64,000 nt of DNA, taken from the NCBI GenBank assembly GCA_033549025.1, contig JAWSUS010000011.1:27831-91830 (forward strand), read 5' to 3'. Below the pieces are notes generated by a model. That model did no database searches. It was not told the DNA's origin and saw only the letters and a program-made list of their open reading frames with translations. Within the stretch, counting starts at the first letter, position 1. Each line of letters opens with the position of its first letter. Position numbers and translations under genes: made by a program. Below are positions 51,861-61,610 of this stretch, one piece after another. Source of the DNA: Desulfuromonadales bacterium (GTDB taxonomy: Bacteria; Desulfobacterota; Desulfuromonadia; Desulfuromonadales; SZUA-540).

Positions 51861-52168
51861 AAATTCAGCGCAGCATAAAACTGATGGTTTGCTTGATCGT
51901 AATTACTGCTTTTATGGGATGTGCCTCAACCGACACCAAGTCAGGTACCGGCGAGTACATCGACGACACCGTTATTACCACCAAGGTTAAATCCGCTATT
52001 TTTGCCGAGCCGGGCCTGAAGAGTCTGCAGATCAATGTGGAAACCTTCAAAGGGGTCGTTCAGCTCAGCGGCTTTGTCGATTCTGACCAGAGCGTCAAAA
52101 AAGCAGCAGACATTGCCAGCAGCGTCAAAGGGGTCGTTTCGGTAAAAAATAATCTGATTGTTCGCTAG
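51854..52168 (+). CDS. Single-BON domain lipoprotein
   Basis: Lipobox FMGC, GEYIDDTVITTKVK, GVVQLSGFV. Confidence 0.9.
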   Translation: MLKIQRSIKLMVCLIVITAFMGCASTDTKSGTGEYIDDTVITTKVKSAIFAEPGLKSLQINVETFKGVVQLSGFVDSDQSVKKAADIASSVKGVVSVKNNLIVR

Positions 52169-52259
52169 CCCGGAGTTCACGGTTGTCGGCGGCCGGCCGG
52201 TGGGTGCGGGAAGCGGGAGCCCAGAGGGATCGATAAAACACGATTCAGAGGGAGGATAC

Positions 52260-53135
52260 ATGGCGGTCAGCCGGTCCCGAAAGCCAACAGAAGAAACCTT
52301 GTCGCTGCGCCGTCAGGCCGAAGAACAGTTGCGCTTGAGCGAGACCAGATCGCAGCCGCCACCGACCGGGGAAGAGGCACAGCGGCTCGTCCATGAACTC
52401 GAAGTCCACCAGATCGAACTGCAAATGCAGAATGCTCAACTGCGCCAGACCCGCGACGAACTGGAAACCGCCAACATTGAGCTGGAAGCGTTTAATTACA
52501 CCGTCGCCCACGACCTGCGCAAGTATCTGACGATCATCAACGGCTACTGTCAGGTCATCCGCGATCTGCGCGGCAAGGACCGCGAGAAACGCAGCCGGGA
52601 ATACCTTGAAGATATTTATGAGGGCACCCTGGCCATGAACCGGCTCATCGAAGCTTTGTTCGAATTTTCAGGTGTTGCGAAACACTCGCTGCGCCGCCAG
52701 TCCGTTAACCTGAGTACTCTCGCAGGGGAGGTGGTGGACGATTTGATCCCGGCGGAGGCAGACAGTCGCGCCACCTTCAAAATCACCCCCGAGGTCGTGG
52801 TCGAGGGTGATCCCGAACTGTTGCGGCTGGTCCTGGATAATCTGATCGGAAACGCCTGGAAGTATGCCGGCGCGAGCGAGGGGGTGAAAATCGAAATCGG
52901 CGCGACCTCGCGCGATGGACAACGGGTCTATTTTGTACGGGACAACGGTCCGGGATTCGACATGGCCTTGGCTGACAAGCTCTTTCTTCCGTTCGAACGC
53001 CTTCCCGGTACCACCATTGAAGGACACGGTATTGGGCTGGCGACGGTGCAGCGGATCGTTGCGCGCCACGGCGGCAGGGTCTGGGCCGAAAGCCAAAAGG
53101 GCAAGGGCGCCACTTTCTTTTTCACCCTCGACTAA
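52260..53135 (+). CDS. Cytoplasmic histidine kinase with only a coiled-coil input
   Basis: GGAGG RBS; H-box VAHDLR, NLIGNAWKY, DNGPG, GHGIGL. Confidence 0.9.
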   Translation: MAVSRSRKPTEETLSLRRQAEEQLRLSETRSQPPPTGEEAQRLVHELEVHQIELQMQNAQLRQTRDELETANIELEAFNYTVAHDLRKYLTIINGYCQVIRDLRGKDREKRSREYLEDIYEGTLAMNRLIEALFEFSGVAKHSLRRQSVNLSTLAGEVVDDLIPAEADSRATFKITPEVVVEGDPELLRLVLDNLIGNAWKYAGASEGVKIEIGATSRDGQRVYFVRDNGPGFDMALADKLFLPFERLPGTTIEGHGIGLATVQRIVARHGGRVWAESQKGKGATFFFTLD

Positions 53136-53169
53136 GGTCGCGGCGCTGCAATGCGGAGCCTATGTTTTC

Positions 53170-54954
53170 ATGAGCGATACAGAGAAAATTCAGGGGATGG
53201 GGGTTCTTCTTCACGCAAAGGGCGTGGCTTTTCGGGTCTGGGCGCCGCATGCACGGCAGGTTGCGGTGGTCGGGTCCTTCAATGCATGGGATGGCAGCAG
53301 CCATCCCATGCACGTTGAGGAGAACGGTTATTGGTACCTCGATACGACCGAGGCGCGCCTTGGTGATGAGTACAACTTCCTGCTGACCACGGAGCAGGGT
53401 GCGCTGTACCGCGTCGATCCCTATGCCCGCGAAGTCACGAACTCGGTCGGCAATGCCATCGTGTACGATACGTATTTTGACTGGGAAGGAGACGACTTCC
53501 GACTCGCGTCGTGGAACGAGCTGGTCATTTACGAACTCCACATCGGAACGTTCAACGATGAGCAAAATAGCGACCAGCCGGGCCATTTTTCCTCGGTATC
53601 GGCACGCCTGGGGCATTTGAAAAAGCTCGGGGTCAATGCCATCCAGATCATGCCGGTGGGTGAGTTTGCGGGGGATCGCTCCTGGGGCTACAACCCTGCC
53701 CACATTTTCTCGGTGGAAATGGCCTACGGCGGCCCAGCGGCCTTCAAACAGTTCGTCAAACGCGCCCACCAGGAGGGCATCGCGGTGATCCTCGACGTGG
53801 TATACAACCACCTGGGACCCAGCGACCTCGATCTATGGCAATTTGACGGCTGGAGCGAGAACGGTCGCGGCGGAATCTATTTCTACAACGATGATCGGGC
53901 TCATACGCCCTGGGGCGAAACCCGGCCAGACTACCGTCGCGGTGAAGTGCGGCAATATCTGCGCGACAACGCCCTGATGTGGCTGGAGGAATACCACGTG
54001 GATGGCCTGCGTTTCGACTGTACTCAGTTCATCCGCACCGTCAACGGAACCGACCATGAGCTGCCGGAGGGCTGGAGCCTGCTGCAGTGGATCAATAGCG
54101 AGGTGTCGCGTAAATTTCCGGGAAGGATTCTGATCGCCGAGGACTTGATGAACAACCGTTGGCTCACCAAGGATGTCGGCGCTGGAGGTGCCGGATTCGC
54201 CTCCCAGTGGGACGCCATGTTTGTCCACCCGATTCGTCAGGCGGTAGTCACTTCTGCCGATGAGCAGCGCTCTCTCGCCGCCATCCGCGATGCCCTCTGT
54301 TACCGCTACAACGATGACGCTTTTGATCGGGTTATCTACAGCGAATCCCACGACGAGGTTGCCAACGGCCGGCAGCGCGTGCCGCAGGAGATCAATCCCG
54401 ACGATCCCAAGGGATGGTACGCACGTAAACGCTCAACCTTGGCCGCCGCGATGGTCTTCACCGCCCCCGGCATTCCCATGATCTTCCAGGGTCAGGAATT
54501 TCTTGAAGGCGGCTGGTTCCGCGATACGGTGCCCGTCGATTGGGACCAGTGCGAGGAATTCCAAGGCATCGTGCGGCTTTACCGAGACCTGATCCGACTA
54601 CGGCTTAACCGCGAGGGCTTCAGCCGTGGCCTGTGCGGCCAGTTCACCCAGGTCACACACCTGCACGAAGAGCGCAAGGTCATTGCCTTTCACCGCTGGG
54701 ACAAGGGTGGGCCGGGGGATGACGTGGTGGTGGTCGCCAACTTTTATCGCGAAGCGCAGGGCGACTACGTCATCGGTTTTCCAACGCAAGGCGCCTGGAA
54801 GCTGCGCTTCAACAGCGACTGGCAGGGCTACAATGACGATTTCAGCAATCACCCAAGCACCGACGTCGATGCAAAACCGGGAGACAAGGACGGCTTGCCC
54901 TGCCATGCCAGGCTGTCCATCGGTCCCTACAGCGTGGTGATCTTTTCGCAGTGA
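53170..54954 (+). CDS. GH13 alpha-amylase family enzyme with CBM48 (branching enzyme/TreZ-like)
   Basis: FRVWAPHA, SWGYNP, DVVYNH, GLRFD, IAED, ESHDE. Confidence 0.88.
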   Translation: MSDTEKIQGMGVLLHAKGVAFRVWAPHARQVAVVGSFNAWDGSSHPMHVEENGYWYLDTTEARLGDEYNFLLTTEQGALYRVDPYAREVTNSVGNAIVYDTYFDWEGDDFRLASWNELVIYELHIGTFNDEQNSDQPGHFSSVSARLGHLKKLGVNAIQIMPVGEFAGDRSWGYNPAHIFSVEMAYGGPAAFKQFVKRAHQEGIAVILDVVYNHLGPSDLDLWQFDGWSENGRGGIYFYNDDRAHTPWGETRPDYRRGEVRQYLRDNALMWLEEYHVDGLRFDCTQFIRTVNGTDHELPEGWSLLQWINSEVSRKFPGRILIAEDLMNNRWLTKDVGAGGAGFASQWDAMFVHPIRQAVVTSADEQRSLAAIRDALCYRYNDDAFDRVIYSESHDEVANGRQRVPQEINPDDPKGWYARKRSTLAAAMVFTAPGIPMIFQGQEFLEGGWFRDTVPVDWDQCEEFQGIVRLYRDLIRLRLNREGFSRGLCGQFTQVTHLHEERKVIAFHRWDKGGPGDDVVVVANFYREAQGDYVIGFPTQGAWKLRFNSDWQGYNDDFSNHPSTDVDAKPGDKDGLPCHARLSIGPYSVVIFSQ

Positions 54955-54983
54955 TCGGTATCAGGCGATTTTGGAGCATGCCC

Positions 54984-56522
54984 ATGAAAATTCTCCTTGT
55001 CTACCCCCACTATCCCACGACCTTCTGGAGCTTTCGCTACGCGATGAAATTCATCGACAGGAAGGCGAGTTTCCCGCCTTTGGGGCTTATGACCGTGGCG
55101 GCGATGCTGCCTGACGGGTGGCAGAGGCGCCTGGTCGACATGAACGTGCGACCCCTCGTCGACCAGGATCTGCAATGGGCCGACTACGTCTTCATCAGCG
55201 CCATGACCATCCAGCAGTCATCGGCACGGGAGGTGATCGAACGCTGCCGGCGGCTGGGGGTGAAGACCGTCGCCGGCGGCCCTCTGTTCACGTCATGTCA
55301 CGAAGATTTCCCCGAGGTCGATCATCTGGTGCTGGGGGAAGGGGAAGTCACTCTGCCCCGGTTTCTAGAGGATCTCCGCTGCGGTACGCCCAGGCGCATC
55401 TATACCGCCGAGGGCTGGGCGCAACTCGAGCAGACCCCGATCCCCCAGTGGGATTTGGTTGAAATGAAGGATTACGCCGCCATGAACATCCAGTACGGGC
55501 GGGGCTGCCCCTTCGACTGTGAATTCTGCGACATTACGGCCCTCTTCGGGCGCCGGCCCCGCAGTAAGCCCCTAAACCGCCTCCTCACCGAACTGGAGAG
55601 CCTTTACACCCGTGGTTGGCGAGGAGCGGTCTTTTTCGTCGACGACAACTTCATTGGCGACAAACCCAGACTGAAGCGTGAAATTCTGCCCGCTCTTGTC
55701 GCCTGGATGGAAGCCAGGGATTATCCTTTCTATTTCTACACCGAAGCGTCCATCGATCTGGCAGACGACCCTGAACTGATGGACTTGATGGTAGGCGCCG
55801 GTTTTGAGGAGGTCTTCATCGGGATCGAAACGCCGCACGAGGGGGGACTTGCCGAAAGCGGCAAGGTGCAGAACAAGAATCGCGACCTGCTCGCCTCGGT
55901 CAAACGCATCCAGCAGGCCGGTCTCCAGGTGCATGGGGGCTTTATCGTCGGTTTTGACAGCGATCCGGCAACCATCTTCGAGCGCCAGATCCACTTCATT
56001 CAGGAGAGCGGCATTGTCACGGCCATGGTCGGAGTGCTCACCGCCCTGCGCGGCACCAAACTCTACCAGCGCCTCGAACAGGAAGGACGGCTGCTCAAGG
56101 ACTCGTCGGGTGATAATACCGCCATTGATCTCAATTTTGTTCCCCGCATGAAACCTGAGGCGCTTCTCGCCGGCTACCAAACCATCCTCGATACCATCTA
56201 TGCCCCACAACAGTTCTATCAACGGGTAATCCAGCTCTTTCGCGAGTACCAGCCCCGAGCCCAGGGACGGTTTCACCTCCAAAAGGGCCACATCGGCGCG
56301 TTTTTCAAATCGATACTGCTGATGGGGGTGCTCGGCCGGGAGCGGTTCCATTTCTGGAAGCTCCTCTTGTGGTCGCTGTTCAGAAAACCGAGGCTGTTCC
56401 CGCTAGCCATATCCTATGCTGTCTACGGGTTTCACTTTCGGAAGGTTACAGAAAAGCTCAAGGCTAGCGGAACGTTCGAAGATAACGGGGGATGGGGTCA
56501 GAAGGACGGTCAGGTGGTCTGA
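54984..56522 (+). CDS. B12-binding radical SAM protein (DUF4070, HpnP-related family)
   Basis: FPPLGLMTVAAMLP, GGPL, CPFDCEFC, FVDDNFIG, GFIVGFD. Confidence 0.88.
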   Translation: MKILLVYPHYPTTFWSFRYAMKFIDRKASFPPLGLMTVAAMLPDGWQRRLVDMNVRPLVDQDLQWADYVFISAMTIQQSSAREVIERCRRLGVKTVAGGPLFTSCHEDFPEVDHLVLGEGEVTLPRFLEDLRCGTPRRIYTAEGWAQLEQTPIPQWDLVEMKDYAAMNIQYGRGCPFDCEFCDITALFGRRPRSKPLNRLLTELESLYTRGWRGAVFFVDDNFIGDKPRLKREILPALVAWMEARDYPFYFYTEASIDLADDPELMDLMVGAGFEEVFIGIETPHEGGLAESGKVQNKNRDLLASVKRIQQAGLQVHGGFIVGFDSDPATIFERQIHFIQESGIVTAMVGVLTALRGTKLYQRLEQEGRLLKDSSGDNTAIDLNFVPRMKPEALLAGYQTILDTIYAPQQFYQRVIQLFREYQPRAQGRFHLQKGHIGAFFKSILLMGVLGRERFHFWKLLLWSLFRKPRLFPLAISYAVYGFHFRKVTEKLKASGTFEDNGGWGQKDGQVV

Positions 56523-56836
56523 CTGACTCAAGATCTGCCTTCAGCTTTGGTGGCCGATGTTATACCACAGGAACGACGGAGAACGTCCTTCGGAGTTTTT
56601 GGTTGGGTCAGCGGTGTAGCTCTGTTTCTGGCCAGTCTTCTAGCCCGGTGGTGGTGGGATCATTTCGGTTCGGCCACGGCTTTTTTTTCGGTGCCACGAT
56701 AGCTGCTCTTTCCCTGCTCGGTTATCTGCCCATCAACGTCACCAGGCAAGTCAGGTAAAATTGAAGGGTAAAATCTGCAAACTCCCAACAATCTGGAGTT
56801 AGTCCTTGTGGATGTCAGGCGTCCAGACCCTCCCTG

Positions 56837-57052
56837 TCAGACCATAGGTCCGGATTTGGGATGCTTCAGGTCTTCACACTCACGATAGTCCCAGGTATGC
56901 CTGTGGTTGTCGACAGTCTGCACGACCAGCTGCCCCGTTTCCAGATTGCACTCAATGACCTTACCTTCTTGATTGCTGGAGGGGTGGATCACAAACGTAT
57001 CTCTTCCAGCTTCGGCTTCCAGGCAGTGGTGTAAAAATCGATCTTTTTTCAT
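56837..57052 (-). CDS. Hypothetical protein, 71 aa
   Basis: AAGGAG RBS on minus strand; globular composition. Confidence 0.65.
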   Translation of the reverse strand: MKKDRFLHHCLEAEAGRDTFVIHPSSNQEGKVIECNLETGQLVVQTVDNHRHTWDYRECEDLKHPKSGPMV

Positions 57053-57245
57053 AACAGACTCCTTTCAGCTGGTCTTGTGGTTTGATTATACCACATCCAC
57101 ATTTTTGTCCTATAAATCAAGCTTTTATAATCCTGAGGTCGAGCCGGCAGTTATCGACCGTGCAAATCCGGGCACTCCGTCTATACTTGAAATATTGTAT
57201 CAAAATGAATCAGACGCTCTGGAGAAACAGAAAGGAGAAACTGCC

Positions 57246-58958
57246 GTGCAAGCGCAACCGAGGTTCAACAATGAAATCAGCATTGTTCTTGCTGGCGAGG
57301 CCGGCCAGGGGATTAAGACCATTGAAATGGTATTGACCCGCACCCTGAAGACCACCGGTCTGCACGTGTTTTCCACCAAGGAATTTATGTCGCGGATCCG
57401 CGGGGGCAGTAATTCAACCACCATCCGGGTGGCGGCGAGTCCGGTGCGGGCCTACGCCGAACGGATTGACCTCTGCGTCCTGCTCGACAGCGATGCGTAC
57501 TCGTGGATGCAGGAGAGGATCACGCCAGAAACCCTGGTCATCGGTGACCCGGCCGTTTACGACAACCTCGACGAACTGGTGCCCCTGCCTCTGGCCGATC
57601 TGGCGGAGCAGGTGGGCGAAAAAATATATGCCAGCGCCGTTGCCTGTGGTTTTGTTGTCGGGCTGCTTGGACTGGAGTCAGCGTCGCTTGAAAAAACCCT
57701 GAAAGAAATGTTCGGCAGTAACAAGGAGGTTCTGGATAAGAATCTACATGCCTCCCGTCTGGGGCTGGAGCGGGGAGAGGCCGCCGCCACGGAGAAAGAA
57801 TGGGTTTGCCACCTTCAGGCGGATCCCCAGGTGGCAGGCCAGCTGTTCCTGAATGGTTCCGAGGCGGTAGGGCTCGGAGCCCTCGCCGGGGGCTGCAATT
57901 TCATCGCTTCCTATCCTATGTCTCCTTCCACCGGGGTGCTGCAGTTTCTGGCCAAATATGCCGAGAGGTTCGGCCTTGTGGTGGAGCAGGCCGAGGACGA
58001 AATCAGCGCCATCAATATGGGCCTCGGCAGCTGGTACGCCGGCGGCCGGGCCATGGTGAGCACCTCCGGCGGCGGCTTCGCCCTGATGGGGGAAGGGGTT
58101 AGCCTGGCTGGTGGCATAGAGTCGCCCATGGTTATCCACCTGGCCCAGCGCCCTGGTCCGGCCACCGGATTGCCTACCCGCACCGAACAGGGTGATCTCG
58201 ACCTGGCCCTGTATGCCGGCCACGGGGAATTCCCCAGGATGATCCTGGCTCCGGGGACCCTCGAAGAAGCCTTCGAGTGTGCCCGCCTGGCCTTTACCCT
58301 GGCCGACGCCAGCCAGTCCCCCGTTTTCATCCTCACCGACCAGTATCTGCTTGACAGTTTTTACAATGTGCCGGAGCTGCCACTCCCTGCCGAACCTGAT
58401 GAACACCACATTGTCGAGACGTCCGCCGACTACCACCGCTATGTCCTGACCGAAAGCGGCCTCTCACCGCGGGGCATTCCCGGCTACGGGCAGGGGCTGG
58501 TCTGCGTCGACAGCGATGAGCACGACGAAGCCGGGTTTATCACCGAAGACGCCGAGGTGCGGATCTCTATGGTCGACAAGCGGCTGCGAAAGTTCAACCT
58601 GCTGCGGTCCAAACAGGTGACACAGCACCACTTATTCGGACCTCCCGCATATCGGCGCCTTCTGGTTGGCTGGGGGTCTACCCGGCTGGCTATCGAGGAG
58701 GCCCTGGCCCGGGTCGGCGACCCGGAGACGGCTTTTTTATACTCCCCCCAAGTCTACCCGCTCGCCGAGCAGGTCAAGGAGCACCTGCAACAGGCGGAGA
58801 GGCTGATTGTCATCGAAAACAATGCTACGGGCCAATTCGCCCGGCTCATCCAGCGGGAAACGGGGCGCCAGGCCGACGCCTGTTGGCTGCAGTACAACGG
58901 ACGGCCTTTCAGCGTCGAATTCCTCGAACACCGACTGCGTCAGGAGGTATCATCATGA
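57246..58958 (+). CDS. korA: 2-oxoacid:ferredoxin oxidoreductase alpha subunit (fused gamma domain)
   Basis: AAGGAG RBS plus GTG; GEAGQG, YPMSPS, QAEDEI, QRPGPATGLPT, SDEH; substrate not determined. Confidence 0.85.
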   Translation: MQAQPRFNNEISIVLAGEAGQGIKTIEMVLTRTLKTTGLHVFSTKEFMSRIRGGSNSTTIRVAASPVRAYAERIDLCVLLDSDAYSWMQERITPETLVIGDPAVYDNLDELVPLPLADLAEQVGEKIYASAVACGFVVGLLGLESASLEKTLKEMFGSNKEVLDKNLHASRLGLERGEAAATEKEWVCHLQADPQVAGQLFLNGSEAVGLGALAGGCNFIASYPMSPSTGVLQFLAKYAERFGLVVEQAEDEISAINMGLGSWYAGGRAMVSTSGGGFALMGEGVSLAGGIESPMVIHLAQRPGPATGLPTRTEQGDLDLALYAGHGEFPRMILAPGTLEEAFECARLAFTLADASQSPVFILTDQYLLDSFYNVPELPLPAEPDEHHIVETSADYHRYVLTESGLSPRGIPGYGQGLVCVDSDEHDEAGFITEDAEVRISMVDKRLRKFNLLRSKQVTQHHLFGPPAYRRLLVGWGSTRLAIEEALARVGDPETAFLYSPQVYPLAEQVKEHLQQAERLIVIENNATGQFARLIQRETGRQADACWLQYNGRPFSVEFLEHRLRQEVSS

Positions 58959-59812
58959 CCACCAATCCGTTTGTCCGAGAGGGTTGCGATATCGCCTGGT
59001 GCCCTGGTTGCGGGAATTTCGGCATTCTAAAGCTTATGACCGCCGCGATGACTGCCCTGGAACTGGATCAGCAGCAGACGGTTCTGGTTTCGGGTATCGG
59101 CCAGGCAGCCAAGATTCCCCAGTACATGCAGGTCCATTTTTTCAACGGACTGCACGGACGCGCCTTGCCGGCGGCAACCGCCATCAAGGCGAGCAATCCC
59201 AACCTGACTGTGATTGCCGAAAGCGGAGACGGCGACATGTATGGCGAGGGCGGCAACCACTTTATCCACTGTATCCGGCGCAATCCCGACCTGACCAACA
59301 TCGTCCACAACAACATGGTTTACGGACTGACCAAAGGACAGGCCTCGCCTACAAGCCAGCGCGGCTTCGAAACCCCCCTGCAACCGGCCGGTGTCATCCT
59401 GGAGCCGTTCAACCCGCTAGCCGTGGCCATCGCCCTCGAGGCTTCTTTTGTCGCCCGAGCCTTCGTCGGCCACAAGGAACAAACCCTCGATATTCTGCAG
59501 CAGGCCATCCGGCATCGCGGCTATGCCCTCGTGGATCTGCTGCAGCCCTGCGTGACTTTTAATAAAATAAACACGTACCAATGGTTCGACGAAAACACAG
59601 CGTATCTTGACGAAAATCATGATCCGCATGACCGCATCCAGGCCTTTACCCGGGCTCTTGAAGAAGATCCGATGCGGCTCGGCGTGTTCTACCGCAAGGA
59701 CAAACCACTCTTCGAGGATCAGTTGTTAGGGTACAAAAAGGAGAAAAAGCCGCTCTTTCAAAGACAGGTGAACATGGAGGAGATCAGGAAACTGGTGCAG
59801 GAATTTAATTGA
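58955..59812 (+). CDS. korB: 2-oxoacid:ferredoxin oxidoreductase beta subunit
   Basis: WCPGCG, LHGR, GDGD TPP motif, YGLTKGQASPT, QPCVTFN. Confidence 0.87.
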   Translation: MTTNPFVREGCDIAWCPGCGNFGILKLMTAAMTALELDQQQTVLVSGIGQAAKIPQYMQVHFFNGLHGRALPAATAIKASNPNLTVIAESGDGDMYGEGGNHFIHCIRRNPDLTNIVHNNMVYGLTKGQASPTSQRGFETPLQPAGVILEPFNPLAVAIALEASFVARAFVGHKEQTLDILQQAIRHRGYALVDLLQPCVTFNKINTYQWFDENTAYLDENHDPHDRIQAFTRALEEDPMRLGVFYRKDKPLFEDQLLGYKKEKKPLFQRQVNMEEIRKLVQEFN

Positions 59813-59902
59813 TGACGGCACCAAAAGTCTAACGCCCTCACGGGGGAGGAAACGGGAAGCGAATTAAGGACAACCTGCCGCATACGCAGGGGGAGATGAG
59901 CC

Positions 59903-60994
59903 ATGGTTGACATTTCTCTTCAGGACAGAGCCAAGGGTGCTCTTATCGGCGCCCTCATCGGCGACGCTATGGGCCTTGGTCCTCACTGGTATTACGACCT
60001 CGAGGAGTTGAGACGCGATTTCGGTGACTGGATATGGGACTACACGACACCGAAGCCGGGCCGTTACCATGCCGGACTCAAGGCGGGGGATCTGTCGCAG
60101 GCCGGGATTATCCTTACTCTGATGATGGAATCCCTGGCGGATTGCGGGACCTACCAGGAGGAGGATTTCTGCCGCCGGCTCGATGAAGAGCTCTTTCCTC
60201 TTCTCGACGGCACTCCGGCTAACGGACCGGGCGGGTATACCAGCCAGTCAATCCGCGAAGCCTGGAGGAGGCGGGTGCAGCAGCTCCCCTGGGGGCAGAC
60301 GGGTGGACACGCCGACACGACGGAGGCGATCGAACGAACCCTCGCCCTCGCCGTCTTCTATGCCGGCAATCCGGCGCAGCTCGCCCGGTCGGTGGCCTCC
60401 AATACTTTGTTGACCCAAACGGACGAGACCGTGGTGTCAATGACCGTGGCCTACGGGGCGGTGCTGGGTATGCTCGTCCGGGGGCACCGCCTCGACGCTG
60501 CCCTCTCCGAAAAATTGATGGGCCTTGTCGAGGATGGAGAGCTGCCTTTTCACACCGTCACCGCCGACAACCTGCAGCCGCCCCGACCGGGAGACCCCGA
60601 TCCGCCCCGGGCCGGGCGTTTCGCCTCCCCCGATGCGCTGCTCTCCCCCTCCTACATGGCCCGGGCCGCCGCCGATCCCGACATCCGCATCGAACCGGCC
60701 TGGAAGGTCTCCCTCGTCTATGGGATGCCCTGCGCCATCTACCACCAGCTGCCGGCAGCCTACTACCTGGCGGCACGCTTCCCGGACGATTTCGAGTCCG
60801 CCATCCTGCATGCTGTCAACGGCGGCGGCCAAAACCAGGCCCGGGCCATGCTTACCGGGGCCCTGGTCGGTGCGCAGACAGGCTATGCCGGTATCCCCAC
60901 GCGCTTCATCGACGGGCTGACTGAGGCTGACAGGCTCTGTCGCCTGGTGCAGAGAGTAGCACACCGGGATGAAGGCCAGGCCGAGCGGTTGTGA
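59903..60994 (+). CDS. ADP-ribosylglycohydrolase family protein
   Basis: RAKGALIGALIGDAMG at N-terminus; GALVGA..G..GIP at C-terminus. Confidence 0.8.
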   Translation: MVDISLQDRAKGALIGALIGDAMGLGPHWYYDLEELRRDFGDWIWDYTTPKPGRYHAGLKAGDLSQAGIILTLMMESLADCGTYQEEDFCRRLDEELFPLLDGTPANGPGGYTSQSIREAWRRRVQQLPWGQTGGHADTTEAIERTLALAVFYAGNPAQLARSVASNTLLTQTDETVVSMTVAYGAVLGMLVRGHRLDAALSEKLMGLVEDGELPFHTVTADNLQPPRPGDPDPPRAGRFASPDALLSPSYMARAAADPDIRIEPAWKVSLVYGMPCAIYHQLPAAYYLAARFPDDFESAILHAVNGGGQNQARAMLTGALVGAQTGYAGIPTRFIDGLTEADRLCRLVQRVAHRDEGQAERL

Positions 60995-61071
60995 TCCCGT
61001 GCCTTAAGTTGTCACCCGGGACCGGGAGGGCATAGTGTGAGGAGGTCAACAGTCAGAAAGGAGAAACAGAC

Positions 61072-61587
61072 ATGAAACGGTCATTCCAACGGTTTATCTT
61101 TCAGGTTTCCGTCATCGTCATCACCCTGGTGATGATCCAACTCGCCGCCGCTCCCGCCTCAGCCGGCGATTATGCCGCCCTTAAGGATGTCCGGGGCCTT
61201 AACTCCGTCTTCGACTACAGTCTGGGATCGGCAGAGGCGGCGACCACCATCTTTCCGGCGATCAAGGGTGTTTACGAAGATAAGAATGTGCTCGCCCTGC
61301 CTGCACGCCCTAACACCGTCATTGTCTTTCACGGCAACGCAGTGAAACTTATCTCCACGGCCCACAAGGATCTAGACGAGGCCAGCCGCAAGACCTTCGA
61401 AAAAGTCGCCGAACAGATCCGCCAATTCAAAAAAGACGGCGTCACCCTGGAGGTCTGCATGTACGCCGTCAAGGTCCTCGGGGTCGACCCCAGCACCCTC
61501 ATGCCTGAAATAGACCGGGTCGGAAATGGTTTTATCTCCGTCCTGGGGTATCAGGCCCAAGGGTATGCGGTGGTGACTATCCAATAA
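61072..61587 (+). CDS. Exported DsrE-like protein
   Basis: Signal peptide; IVFHG, GVTLEVC, YQAQGYA. Confidence 0.75.
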   Translation: MKRSFQRFIFQVSVIVITLVMIQLAAAPASAGDYAALKDVRGLNSVFDYSLGSAEAATTIFPAIKGVYEDKNVLALPARPNTVIVFHGNAVKLISTAHKDLDEASRKTFEKVAEQIRQFKKDGVTLEVCMYAVKVLGVDPSTLMPEIDRVGNGFISVLGYQAQGYAVVTIQ

Positions 61588-61610
61588 GACCTCCAGCTAC
61601 AGCAGCCTTC

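Noticed and set aside
56492..56758. 88-aa ORF after the radical SAM gene
   Set aside because: Overlaps the upstream gene, has no motifs and shows atypical composition.
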